Positions 37,042-49,556 of a DNA stretch of 64,000 nucleotides are shown one piece after another. The notes beneath the pieces were generated by a model. That model saw nothing but the letters and a program-made list of their open reading frames with translations. It ran no database searches and was not told where the DNA came from. The stretch comes from Dendrobates tinctorius (lineage: Eukaryota), in assembly GCF_039654945.1 (NCBI RefSeq), contig NW_027362003.1:1-64000 (forward strand), read 5' to 3'. Position 1 is the first letter of the stretch; every line of letters starts with the position of its first letter. The position numbers and the translations under genes are program-made.

Positions 37042-37516
37042 GTATGTCGTGGAGCTTTCCGCTTTACACTTTTAGCATTTACTACATTTTCATGTGATGA
37101 GAGCAATGTGGGTCACATTACAGAACAGCAGAATGGAATAATACTTTTCGGTTAAGATAAAACTTCATGCAGTTTAGAAGATACTTTCCCTTTTTTCAAA
37201 CTTTTCCCCACTCTGAAAACCTGAACGTCATTCAATACATGTGGAGGAGGTTTCCAAAATCCCATCTACATATAAACTTCCCTCCTTCTATGCTGCAGGA
37301 ACACTACTACATAGCACGAGAGGTCTAAGGGGTAAAGTTTAACCTCAAGTGCGTCGAGTCAGTGTAAGGAGACTTCTAGGCCACGCAATGCTCCTATAGC
37401 AATTTAAATATGCAAATAGCCTCTTCAGAGAAGAAGAGGACTGGTGTTCTAATGCCACTTATTAGATGTGGCAATCCAGCCCTCTTCCTCTTTGAAGAGG
37501 TTATTTGCATATTTAA

Positions 37517-37981
37517 AGGGAATCGGTCACCAGGTTTTTTTCTATGTAATCTGAGAGCAGCATCCTGAAGGGTTAGAGACATTGATTCCAGTGATGTATC
37601 ACTTACTTTACCTGGTACTACAGCTTTGATTAAAAACTGTTTTCTCTGCTGCAGATCTACCTGTTCTGTGAATGTTGAGCTCTGTATAACCCCGCACCCA
37701 CAACTGATTTGCAGCTTTCTGTGTTCACTATGCATAGGCATTAAGCTGTCAATCAATGGAAAGGATGTGATAGAACTACCTAGCAACATGACAAATAGTC
37801 CTCGAGTAATGGTCTCCTGCTAATAAAACAATGATTATATATAAACTGCAGAAAGCAGCCCAGTATATATGAAGTAAGACATCGGATCACAGACATCAAG
37901 GAATCATTTTATTCAGCTTTCTTTGACCTGCATCCCCACGTAGACGGCTTAGGAGGGTTGATCCTACTAATAGATTTATCT
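37517..37981. mobile_element. T2/Kolobok-type MITE
   Basis: TTAA|agggaatcggtcacc... with a degenerate right TIR and TTAA; same family as 46556-46952. Confidence 0.6.
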
Positions 37982-38450
37982 TTAAAGGGGTTTAAATGCA
38001 ATGTTATGCAGAAAAATGATGGCCGCCCCGTATGTTTTAGAAAGAAGACCATGATCCATTAGAGTAGTACTGGTTGTATTGCCCTGATGGTGACCCAGGG
38101 ACCAATCCAGGACCCAACGTCTGGATCTCTCAGATTGTGTATGACAGTGACAGTGAATATGCAATCTTCTCTCTACTTCTGACATAGAAAGCAAGACATT
38201 GTATGCAATATGAGCCGCTCAGATGCAGTCAGGAGTCATATCAGGGTTCCGTATGTTGTGGCCGGTCAGCTACCATTGTACTAGGCAGTTTGCTAACATA
38301 TAACACAGCGATTTTTAGGGTAGGTTGGGGTAATTTATTTATTACATCACTGATCATGTTTCATTTCATATATACTGTAATCATGGTTAGAAATATACTT
38401 ATGCATATGCACTTCATTGAAAACAAAAAAAAAAAAAATATATATATATA

Positions 38451-40675
38451 CTAGATGGTGGCCCAATTCTAACGCATCGGGTATTCTAGAATATGTATGT
38501 AATTTATTTATGAAGTTTTAATAATAATGCAATAATGCACCCCTCAATCCTGATATGCGTGGTACCCCTCACCCCCCAATCCTGGTAAGCATAGTCCCCT
38601 CACCCTCCAAACCTGGAATGCATGGTCCTCTCACCCTCCAATCCTGGTATGCATGGACCTCTCACCCCTCTTTCCTGGTAAGCATGGTCCCCTCACCCCC
38701 CTTTCCTGATATGCATGGTCCCCCTCACACCCTTTCCTGGCATGCATGGTCCTGTTACCCCCCTTTCCTGGTATGCATGGTCCCCTCATGCCCCAATCCT
38801 GATATGCATGGTCCCCCCACCCCCCCAATCCTGATATGCATGGTCCTCTCATCCCCCAATCCTGGAATACATGGTCCCCTCACCCTCCAATCCTGGTATG
38901 CAGGGTCAACCTCAACCCCCTATCCTGGTATGCATGGTCACCCTCACCCCCCTTTCCTGGTATGCAGGGTCAACCTCACCCCCCTTTCCTGGTGTGCATG
39001 GTCAACCTCACCCCCCTTTCCTGGTATGCATGGTCACCCTCACCCCCCTATCCTGGTATGCATGGTCACCCTCACCCCCCTTTCTTGGTATGCATGGTCA
39101 ACCTCACCCCCTATCCTGGTATGCATGGTCACCCTCACCCCCCTTTCCTGGTATGCATGGTCACCCTCACCCCCCTATCCTGGTATTCATGGTCACCCTC
39201 ACCCCCCTTTCCTGGAATGCATGGTCACCCTCACCCTCCTATCCTGGTATGCAGGGTCACTCTCACCCTCCTATCCTGGTATGCATGGTCAACCTCACCC
39301 CCCTATCCTGGTATGCATGGTCACCCTCACCCCCTTATCCTGGTATTCATGGTCAACCTCACCCCCCTATCCTGGTATGCATGGTCCTCTCACCCCCCTT
39401 TACTGGTATGCATGGTCCCCCCTCTTTGCTGGTATGCATGGTCCCCTCACCCCCCCTTTGCTGGTATGCATGGTCACCCTCACCCCCTATCCTTGGTATG
39501 CATGGTAACCCTCACCCCCCTATCCTGGTATGCATGGTCAACCTCACACCCCTATCCTGGTATGCATGGTCACCCTCACCCCCTTATCCTCGTATTCATG
39601 GTCAACGTCACCCCCCTATCCTGTTATGCATGGTCCTCTCACCCCCCTTTACTGGTATGCATGGTCCCCCCTCTTTGCTGGTATGCATGGTCCCCTCACC
39701 CCCCTTTGCTGGTATGCATGGTCAACCTCACCCCCCTCTCCTGGTATGTATGGTCACCCTCACCCCCCTTTGCTGGTATGCATGATCCCCTCCCCCTTTG
39801 CTGGTATGCATGGTCCCCCTCCCCCCCTCCTTTACTGGTATGCATGGTCCCCTCATCCCCCTTTACTGGTATGCATGGTCCCCCCCTTTGCTGGTATGCA
39901 TGGTCCCCTCACCCCCTTTGCTGGTATACATGGTCACCCTCACCCCCCTATCCAGGTATGCATGGTCACCCTCACCCCCCTTTCCTGGTATGCATGGTCA
40001 CCCTCACCCCCCTTTCCTGGTATGCATGGTCCCCTCACCCCCTTTGCTGGTATACATGGTCACCCTCACCCCCCTATCCAGGTATGCATGGTCACCCTCA
40101 CCCCCCTTTCCTGGTATGCATGGTCCCCTCACCACCCCTTTACTGTTATGCATGGTCCCCCCCTTTCCTGGTATGCATGGTCCCATCACCCCCCTTTCCT
40201 GGTATGCATGGTCAACCTCACCCCCCTATCATCTGTTAAAATAAAAAATAGTTATATACTCACCATCCGACGGCCCGCGATCTCCACTCCACGCGCCCGG
40301 CCTCGAGGTCCCAGTAATGCATTGTGCGAAACACCACTGATGACGTCGCGCTCTCGCAAGAGTGACGTCATCTCCAGTCTAAGGCGCAAGGCATTACTGG
40401 AACCGCGAGGCCGGGCGCGTGGAGTGGAGATCGGACTCCGTCGGAAGGTGAGTATAACCTTTTTAATTTTAATTTATTTATTTTAAATTCTATTTACAGA
40501 TGCGCTGCGCCCGATTGAGCGCTGCACCCGACTGTGCTTGCCGCTGATTGGTCGCGGCCTGGCGCGACCAATCAGCGGCAGGCGCAGCTTACCGTTACAA
40601 ACAGCTGCGCAGTCAGCGCGGCGGGATTTCGGTTACAGACAGACAGACAGACATGATAAGACGATTATATATAGA
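38451..40675 (-). mobile_element. Non-autonomous Helitron carrying an expanded minisatellite
   Basis: On the minus strand: A|TC 5' end (TCTATATATAATC), (CTGT)n near the 5' end, subterminal imperfect hairpin cccgat...attggg, CTAG|T 3' end. Confidence 0.75.
38540..40230. repeat. ~33-bp minisatellite (tcctggtatgcatggtcaccctcacccccc), about 50 copies
   Basis: Directly visible; explains the long Pro/His-rich pseudo-ORFs. Confidence 0.95.
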
Positions 40676-40999
40676 TATCCTTTGATTACGGTATGTTCAC
40701 TATTATTATGCTCTTATGTCGGTTTATGAATTATTTATTGATTACATGATCCCATTACTTATATTGCCACATATGACCGCTCTTGTGTTTGATATATTTT
40801 CTTGGGATAGAAGATAGATAGACTGTAAATATATATATATATATACATACTGTATATATATGTGTGTGTGTTTGTGTGTTTTTTTATATTATGGAATATA
40901 TGTTTTAAACACATTTCATAAATAGTAATGGTACTTTTTTCTTGTAGCATTTATGATTTACTTGTACCTATTTACCTTTTTGTGTGAATCGGTTATCTA

Positions 41000-41635
41000 T
41001 GGGCCCATCACTTGGATGCAGTGTACAGGAAGGGCCACAGTAGGCTTTATCTGCTCAGAAGGCTGAGAGCCTTCGGAGTTAGGGGGGCACTTCTTGCATC
41101 CTTCTTCAACTCTGTTGTGGCATCAGTCATCTTCTTTGGTGTGGCGTGCTGGGGTAGTGGCATATCAACCAGGGATAGGAATAGGCTGGACAAACTGATT
41201 AGAAGGGCCAGCTCTGTCCTGGGATGCCCCATTGATCCAGTTCAGGAAGTAAGCGACAGGCGGATACTGGCCAAGGTGAGCTACATGGTGCAGAATGATT
41301 CCCATCCCATGCATGAGACCGTGACAAAGATGTGCAGTACTGTCAGTGACCGGCTACTTCATCCTAAATGTGAGAGGGAGCGCTATCGAAAGTCCTTCCT
41401 TCCTGCTGCAGTTAGGCTGTATAACCAGCACTGTGCAAAACGGTGAACGACCCAAACAGTGAACTGATAGATCCAAAGTTGTGATAGTCCGGTTACATCT
41501 TTTTTTTCATATATGTTTCTACCTACTGTCAATGTAATGCCTTTATGCATCTGTATCTGTACTTGTTCCTGCATTGCTGCTGTAATGCTCTGAATTTCCC
41601 CATGGTGGGACGATTAAAGGATTATCTTATCTTAT
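41000..41635 (+). mobile_element. Rex1/Babar LINE 3' fragment
   Basis: KGHSRLYLLRRLRAFGV...RYRKSFLPAAVRLYN; short (TTATC)n tail. Confidence 0.85.
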
Positions 41636-41679
41636 AGTAAAGAATCTGAATAAATATTTCTGCATTTATTCTCTTCCAG

Positions 41680-41853
41680 GTTTAATCTGGAAGTCAACAA
41701 AAGAAGTAATGTGACCTTTTCATTCAGAGAAGGAGCGACACTTTATCATTATTCTGCATAAAGTGTAGAAAGGTCATCCTCTACACAGGGATTTCGTAGG
41801 TTTTTACACATTGGATGATCATACATTTTCTGAAGGAGTCCATGGACTGCTAG
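41680..41853 (+). pseudogene. itih3: ITIH-like C-terminal domain exon (frameshift and TAG)
   Basis: ttccag|...|gtaaac; ends HGLLG. Confidence 0.88.
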
Positions 41854-42205
41854 GTAAACTTTGTTCCTATATTATACAGTATATACTGTGACTCTCAGAG
41901 TTTATTAGTGTGTTCAGTCATTTGAACAAGGCAAATATGTATCCGGCTTTCACTCAACATGTCATTGTTTAATCCTTTTGCAGCTAAAGATTTCTGGGCA
42001 ATTGAAAATCCTATTACCTTGGGTTATTTTTACATGTCAGATATGAACTGTAAAAATCATTGCCAAATGCCTACTCACCTGCCTGTTTTGCCCAGATCTC
42101 TGCTGGCACAGAGCAGTCACTCCTGGCAGTGATTCTGCAACATCCGCTGATGTCACATCGACTGAACAACGGCTCCTCTTCTTCTCTGCTCTGTTGATGA
42201 GGTGT

Positions 42206-43748
42206 TAGAGATGGGCGAACCCGAACAGTAAAGTTCAGAATCTGTACCGAACACCTACTGTTCAGGCACGGACACCAAACACAGACTTCACCAGGAAGTC
42301 CGTATTACTGTCCGGGTTCGGCTGCCCGAACATCGAGTGTTTGTCACACGCTTTCAAATGCATGACAGCACGGCAAACACCTCTTCTGATTGTCAGCGGA
42401 TCGGACTACTGCTTCCATCATCCGACACCTGCTACCGCGAATAACAGCAATAGCAGGAGCAGCTGATGGGAGTAAGCATTAGCCGGCTCATGCGCTTTAA
42501 ATACATTTAAAAAATAAAACGGCATGGGTTCCCCTGTATTTTTGATAACCAGCCAGGTAAAACGCAAGCTGGGGGCTACAACCCTCAGCTGTCAGCTTCA
42601 GAAAAGTTGATTATCAAGATTAGAGGGATCCCCACACTGTGTTTTTTAATTACTTAAATAAATAATTTAAATTGCTTGGGGTCCTCCCATTTTTGACAAC
42701 CAGCCTTGCTAAAGCAGACAGCTGGGGACTAGTATTTTCCCCCCAGCCTAAAAATAATAGCCCGCAACCTTCCAGAAAAGGCGCATCTATTAGATGTGCC
42801 AATTCTGGAGCTTTGCCCGGCTCTTCCCACTTGCCCTGTAGCGGTCACAATTTTGGTTAATATTTGTGATGTTGATGTCACATTTTTATTGTCAGGTGAC
42901 ATCAAGCCCACGGCTTAGTAATGGAGAGGCATCTTTGAGACACCTATCCATTACTAATCCTATAGTTATATGGTAAATAAAGACACAGCCAGAATAAAGT
43001 CCTTTATTAGAAATAAAACAAAACACACTTTTACTTTTTTATTTAAAAATAACAAACACAATTAGGTGAGTATAACCCCTTATTCCACCAAAGCCCTTAT
43101 TCTCCTATAATAAAACAAAAATAAAAAAAACAACAATATCCCTCAACTCTCCGTTGTTGTGTCCCACGCCATAATCCATGTCTGGGGATAAACAGTTAAG
43201 AATCACTGGTTACTGAACTGCTGCAAGCGCAACCTCAGTGACCAGCGTTGACGTCATCAAGGTTACCTCCGGTCACTGAGGATGAGTTCTCAGCTGGGCT
43301 GAACTACGGTGACCTCGGTGAGATCCCCGCTAGCACCGTGAGAAAAACTCTCATTATGAGTCGGCTAATAAATACACCCAAGCGCCGCTCCTGCTCTCGC
43401 TGTTATTAGCAGCAGCAGGTGTCGGATGATGGGAGCTGTAGTCCCATCCACTGAGACCAGTGACCGGAGGTAAACTTTATACCTCTGATCACAGCTGAGC
43501 ACTCACACTGTCTTTTGACAGCGTGGGAACCATCTCTCTAACCAGCGAAGAGGATTTCACTGTGGATCAGAAGCGGTGTTTGCTGCGCTGTCTTGCACAT
43601 GACAGCGTAGCAAGCACTGGATGTTTGGGCCCCCCATTCAAGTGAATGGAGTCTGAGTTCGGGTTCAGATCCAGGTACTGTTCTGGTACCCAAACCAAAA
43701 CTTCTTGTAACCCGCCGGACTCTAACATCCCGGTGACCGCCCATCTCT
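42206..43748. mobile_element. Non-autonomous DNA element with AGAGATGGGCG terminal inverted repeats
   Basis: tagagatgggcg ... cgcccatctct; inverted subterminal blocks. Confidence 0.6.
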
Positions 43749-44602
43749 TCTGCTGATGTCATGCTGATTGACAGTCAGCTCCCTGCAGTTAATCAGCATG
43801 ACACTGGCAGTGACACCGATTGATAGGGCAGTACAGAAGATCTCCTCTCTTGACGTTGGGCAGCTGAATCACTGGTAGGAGCTGTCAGTGACCACACTGA
43901 GCTGGCGATGAGTTAAAACAGGCAGGTAGTTAGAAGCCACCTGACTGTTTTTCTTTATTTGGATGGTAATATTTGAACTGACCAGCGGGTTCCCGACTTG
44001 AGCATGACAGCGGCATAGCCACATATTCAGCTGTCATGCATGGGGTGGAAAAGCCAGTCCGTGCACTGCGTTCTGATCTCAAATGGATTTACATGCCCGT
44101 CTGGATGCACTTATACCAATGTATTAGACCATTGTGTCCACACAATAGAATGATATATGCTTTGGATTAGACCTATATATTGCTGCTAAGTTAACTAACT
44201 ACATGAGAACTAAACATAGGGTCAGTCATGTGATCTCGCACAAATAATGTCCGCCCGGGCATTCTGTACAAATACTGGGCTCACACATACCCGACTAGAA
44301 CTAATATTGATATTTTATTTATGGTAAGCTTTTCTTTTGTCCAACTAAATGACTTTCATTGATCATCTAACCTTTTTTATTTGCATGATGCTTTGAAATC
44401 ACTCTGATGTTGCAATTTAGCATTTTCGACAAAAATTTGATTGATTAAAGGATTTGATAACTTGTACAAACGTTCAACCCCGGGGCTAAACAAGGACAGG
44501 ATCGTGCTCACCTATCCAAAGTGTCTGCACTTACCCAGCCATAAACATGTTTTCACATTTTTGTATTCAGTAAACCAACTTTCAATGTCTTGACTTTTTA
44601 AG

Positions 44603-44714
44603 GACAATTTTTTCATGGAATCAATTATGAAATTGACAACATTCATGAAGCTAATAATCCAGAGTAACCAGATGCAACAATGAAGGTGAAGGACAAGTTG
44701 CTGAATGTGACAAG
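44603..44714 (+). pseudogene. itih3: ITIH-like penultimate exon (in-frame TAA)
   Basis: ttttaag|...|gtaagg; GQFF...PDATMKVK...VTR. Confidence 0.88.
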
Positions 44715-45576
44715 GTAAGGAATATTTACAGTTAAATACAACCAAAGTAGGCAATCAGTTGATCCAGATCTGCTGGTAAATCTCTGACTGAACTTGAGAT
44801 TCTCAACAATGAAGTCTCTTCAGTTCATGGTCTTAAAATGAACACTACCTGTGCGCAAGCAATGGTGGTGGTGTTGGACGGGGCAATGAAAAGCATTATG
44901 AAAGATACCTATTCCAGCGTCGTCCATATCACCTAAATTCAGCATGTATTGATAGTGATATTAGGTCTGCAAGTGCACTGCTGTTGCCATCTTCTTCTGT
45001 CTCTGCAGTCAGTCAAGAAGTGGAGGGCAGCACCAGATCAATAAAGGCTAAGAGGTGCCACATGCTAGAAGTGCACTGATACATGCACTAGTGCATTTGC
45101 ACACCTAATTTGCATATTATTAAAACCCAAATTTCTGCATAACGCTGCAGCAGATGGCATTGAAATAGGTATCTTTCATATGTGATGGGCGTTGCCACTT
45201 CGCTATGGCAGTGACAAAAAGAAGTGAACGTTCATGACGCCAGGGTGCAGGTAATTAACCTCTGCTTCCTGGTAGTGTGATGTAATGTGGTGCACTGCAA
45301 ATAGTCCAGAAAAACTATGCCTGAGGGAAGAGGCCTAAGAATCTCGAAAGATTGCTTTGTAACATCATTTATTTTATTTTTGTTACCCATTAAAATTCAT
45401 CCTAACCACAAGATTATCTTGTTTTTCCCAATGAGAGCAGTCTAGATGCCCTGACACATGCCTGATGGGCTCCTGTATGGGGAAACTTTTCATTTACGGA
45501 AATGGGCTCACAATTTTACCTAAAAGCACTACTATGAATACAGCCTTTCCCCACTGCCTGTAATCAGTCTCAGTAA

Positions 45577-46068
45577 AGCCCCCGTCACACACAGCGAGAT
45601 CGCTGTGTGTGACACCTATCAGCGACCGGCCCCCCTGCCGGGTATCGCTAATCGTGCTCAAAAGCCCTGGACTTTTTTTTGATCGTTGGTCTCCTGCTGA
45701 CCAGCACGCATCGCTGCGTGTGGCAGGCGGGAGAGCAACGATCAGCGAGCTCCCAGCTCGTATCCAAGGTAAACAGTGGTTTCTTAGTGCAGTGCGGCAC
45801 TTAGAAACCCGCAGTGTACCTTAGATACAAACGCGCTGGTGCAGGGAGCTTAGAAACCCGCTGTTTACCTTGAATACGAGCTCCCTGCAGCAGCCCGCTG
45901 GTATCTAAGGTACACAGCGACCCGAGCGCTCGTCGTTGCTGGTGCTGATCGCTGGTGAAGCTGTCTGTTTGGCAGCTCACCAGCGATCATGTAGCCACTC
46001 ACCAGCTATCCTGACAAGTTCAAATCCTAGTCGGGATCGCTGGTGAGTCGCTATGTGTGACGGGGCCC
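45577..46068. mobile_element. PIF/Harbinger-like MITE, related to 15877-16266
   Basis: TAA|agcccccgtcacaca ... tgtgtgacggggccc|TAA. Confidence 0.75.
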
Positions 46069-46337
46069 TAACTCTGCTGCTAAAAAGGATGAGGAAGACA
46101 AAAAGATATAGGTAGAAGTAAAGAAAAAACTTTGATGGCTGGCACATTGTAGTGATTTGTTTTGGAATGCAATCGTAATCTTGGGTAAATAAAGCACTTT
46201 GTAATTTTGCACCAGAATAGTCAAAGTTTATTGAAATGACAGTTTCTGTTTAACTATAAATAAATAGTATATCTCTATTTTACATATATTTTCTTCACCA
46301 TTATTGCTGATTTATTATTAATGTGTTTTACTTTTAG

Positions 46338-46479
46338 GGGTGTACAAAAAGACTACCGAAAAGACCCCAAGAATGGCATCAAAGTTCCCTGCTGGTTTGT
46401 GCATTTCACCAGAGAAGGCCTGATTGATGGAAACCATACTGATTACATTGTACCTGATATTTTTAGTTTTGGTTGTTAG
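46338..46479 (+). pseudogene. itih3: ITIH-like last coding exon
   Basis: ttttag| GVQKDYRKD...CWFVH...GLIDG.HTDYIVP..F then TAG. Confidence 0.9.
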
Positions 46480-46555
46480 AAGAGATTGTACTCATCTGCA
46501 TTGAATCTCAGAGTTTTCATCACTTAATTAACAATATAGTGAATTTTGTACTTAA

Positions 46556-46952
46556 ACGGAATCTATCAGAAGGTTTTTGCTATTTAATCAGAGGACAGCC
46601 TCATGTAAGGGCTGGGACACAGATATCAGGGTCTCACTTATTTGGCTGTGTGCTGTTGCTTTCATACAATGACTGTTTTATCACCGGGAGATTATCACTG
46701 CCTGGACTGCAGCTCATGTAGGTCATCCCACCACACCCTTCCTCAGATAAGCAGCTCACTGTCAATAGACAATGTACACAACAAGCTGTTGGTTAGCTTT
46801 CTGAGCTAAGCTACTTGTTATGTCTAAAAATTCTGATTGTGTCACAACTTCTGCACCCAGTAAACTCCGTGATACATTGTTGGAATCAGGGCCTCTTTTC
46901 TTATATTATGCTGCTATCAGATGAGATAGCAAACCCTGGTGGCATATTCCTT
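46556..46952. mobile_element. T2/Kolobok-type MITE
   Basis: TTAA on both sides; degenerate TIRs; inverted homolog of 37517-37981. Confidence 0.6.
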
Positions 46953-49556
46953 TTAAAGATGCACTCCAGCTATTTTAATGTATTTATACAGTATAGTGCA
47001 GTGTAGGCTATGTTAGAATAGTAAAGAATACTGCTGATATTGGCCAATCAGAGAGCAGCTTTTGTTTTTCATGAGAAGAATACAAAATGAAAGCTGCACT
47101 GTGATTGGTTACTATAAGCAGCAAGAACAGGGATTTGTGTAGACCGCTCCATAAGTCATCAGTTACATCTTTAGCTGCATGGGAGGCTTTACAGAAAGGC
47201 AGGGAAGGTGGAGCAATATAGTGAGGATAGGCGTCTGACGACTGTCAAGAGGGTTTTGATAGATGGTGACTTTGGTGGGTAGATTTTAGCTCATGAATTG
47301 AACTGTTTTTTTTACTTGACATCATATGACTCAATTTCCTATATTGAAGGAGAGAAAAAGGTATAAGTGTAGCAAAAGTGGGATATAATTAAACAATGAC
47401 TATACTGATGGTAAGTACGCAAAGAAAAGTACCTGAAATATTTCTTTACGCTGTGTGCCCAGGAGTTTTTGATGCTGCAAATTTTCCCTGCTTCAAAAAT
47501 CTGCCATCTTACAGTTCCAGCATAGTGGATGGGATTTATAGAAACTCTCACTCCCACTGTACTTTTTTTTCATATACTTTGTAAACTGACATGTGGTGTT
47601 TGTTTCAAATCTACAACATGTGCAGACTACATATATTTTTACCCGAGGATTTTCCACATCTAATGCAATTCTCTGGGGAACATTTGCACAAACAGTGGAG
47701 AAAAAAAGTATTTAGTCAGCCACCAATTGTGCAAGTTCTCCCACTTAAAAAGATGAGAGAGGCCTGTAATTGACATCATAGGTAGACCACAACTATGAGA
47801 GTCAAAATAAGAAGCCAAATCCGGAAAATCACCTTGTCTGATTTGGCAAGATTTATTTTGCAAATTATGGTGGAAAATAAGTATTTGGTCTTCACAAGGT
47901 TGGCATACACTGTTGGTGGTATGTTGGCCCATTCCTCTATGCAGATCTCCTCTAGAGCAGTGATGTTTTGGGCCTGTCACTGGGCAAAACACACTTTCAA
48001 CTCCCTCCAAAGGTTTTCTATGGGGTTGAGATCTAGAGACTGGCTAGGCCACTCCAGGACCTCCATATGCATCTTACGAAGCCACTCCTATGTTGCCCTG
48101 GTGGTGTGCTTGGGATCATTATCATGCTGAAAGACCCATCCACGTTTCATCTTCAATGCCCTTGCTGATGGAAGAAGGGTTAACACTCAAAATCTCACGA
48201 TACATGGCCACATTCATTCTATCATGTACACGGATCAGTTGTCCTGGTCCCTTTGCAGAGAAACAGCCTCAAAGCATGATGTTGCCACCCCCATGCTTTA
48301 CAGTAGGTGTTGTAGATTTTTGATTGATATAGATATATATCTCTGTGTGTGCTGCGGCCTGTCCTAATTAGACAGAGTCTTATTGAGCGCTCAGAGGAAA
48401 AGAGGAAGCTACACTTGGTTAGCAACAACTCATTCCAGCAGAACTCTGTCAGTTTATTCACATTCATGGTTTTTTATCAGTTCGTACAAAGGAGTAGTTA
48501 CTCACTAACATAAAGGCTGAACTTCTAATCTAATTGGTCAGTTTAAATACATGAACATATATGGGCGTCCGACCTAAGGTGACTTAAGAATCAGATGATA
48601 TACTGCTGTCCCTTGTCTTACAATGTCAGCAATGTTCTGATATTGGCTGGCACATCTGGCCTTACTTCCTCTTCTGTATGTCTGCTAGATATTTCTCATG
48701 GCACAAGACAATGCTATCACGTAGGTTGTCCAGACAGGCTTCATGGGGTTAGGTCATCTTTAGCCACTGATTATAAAGTTCAAACTGTAAATATGTATCT
48801 GTGTGCATATAAGAGTATATAAGTATATAGCAGTATATAGCCTATAGCAGGCAAGTGAGATCTAGATGGAATACATATACATATATATTTCTGTTATGAA
48901 TGAGTCACCGTAGGAGGCAAAAACAGAACTGCTAGCTAAGTCCAGAAAACCAGAGAGGTTGGCAGCTATCGGATTGCAGACCCCTGATCCTATCACAACA
49001 ACTAACAGTAGCCGTGGGGGGTTCCTACGATGCCCTAGACCCCTCGATCACAGCCGGAGAATTAAATAGGCCTAAAGAAAGAAAGGGGAAATCTAAACTG
49101 CCCCAGAGCAGACCCCAAAGCAATAGGCAGCCCCCAACATATAATGACGGTGAAGCAAGATGAAAACACTAACACAGACAGAAAGATAGACTGAGCCAAG
49201 ACGGGGCCCAAACTACCTAGATAGGAAAGGATAGGAAGGCTGCTGTCTGCAATACGTGAAAAACCCTATGAAAATAAGAGCCAACAGACTGACAGTGAAA
49301 AAGGCCCTGAAGACGCTAGGCTTCAAAAAAGCTATGTCAGTACTCCGGAATATTCTGAAGACAGAGCAACCGGCAAAAGGAGATTCAGCTCATCCCAGCA
49401 GGGAATGGCAGAATCCAGAAAAGCAAGGAAAACAAAAACAAAACATAAATGCAAACAGGCAAAGCAAAAAACTTAGGTTTAGGGAAGCAGGAATCAGACT
49501 GGTGTCCTAGAAGTCCACAGAGAAATCACCCGCAGGGCAGAAGGGCGTCGGCAGCC

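Larger units (their letters stand above)
36928..46479 (+). pseudogene. itih3: Inter-alpha-trypsin inhibitor heavy chain (ITIH3-like) 3' remnant: exons 36928-37041, 41680-41853, 44603-44714, 46338-46479
   Basis: AG/GT-bounded exons encode [35 protein letters not shown]; FNLEVNK...FIIILHKV*KGHPLHRDFVGFYTLDDHTFSEGVHGLLG; QFFHG...PE*PDATMKVKDKLLNVTR; [22 protein letters not shown]...[16 protein letters not shown]. Stops at 41766-41768 and 44665-44667, frameshift near 41741. Confidence 0.9.

Noticed and set aside
38555-40486. Long Pro/His/Trp-rich ORFs (300-467 aa) in several frames
   Set aside because: Artefacts of a stop-free minisatellite; open in all frames
45318-45356. Possible decayed hammerhead (ctgagggaagagg...ctcgaaag)
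   Set aside because: Core and stem III are degenerate; cannot be supported
47351-47410. Exon-like segment ending ATG|GTAAGT (a similar one ends near 44323)
   Set aside because: In-frame stop and no homology; it lies downstream of the ITIH stop
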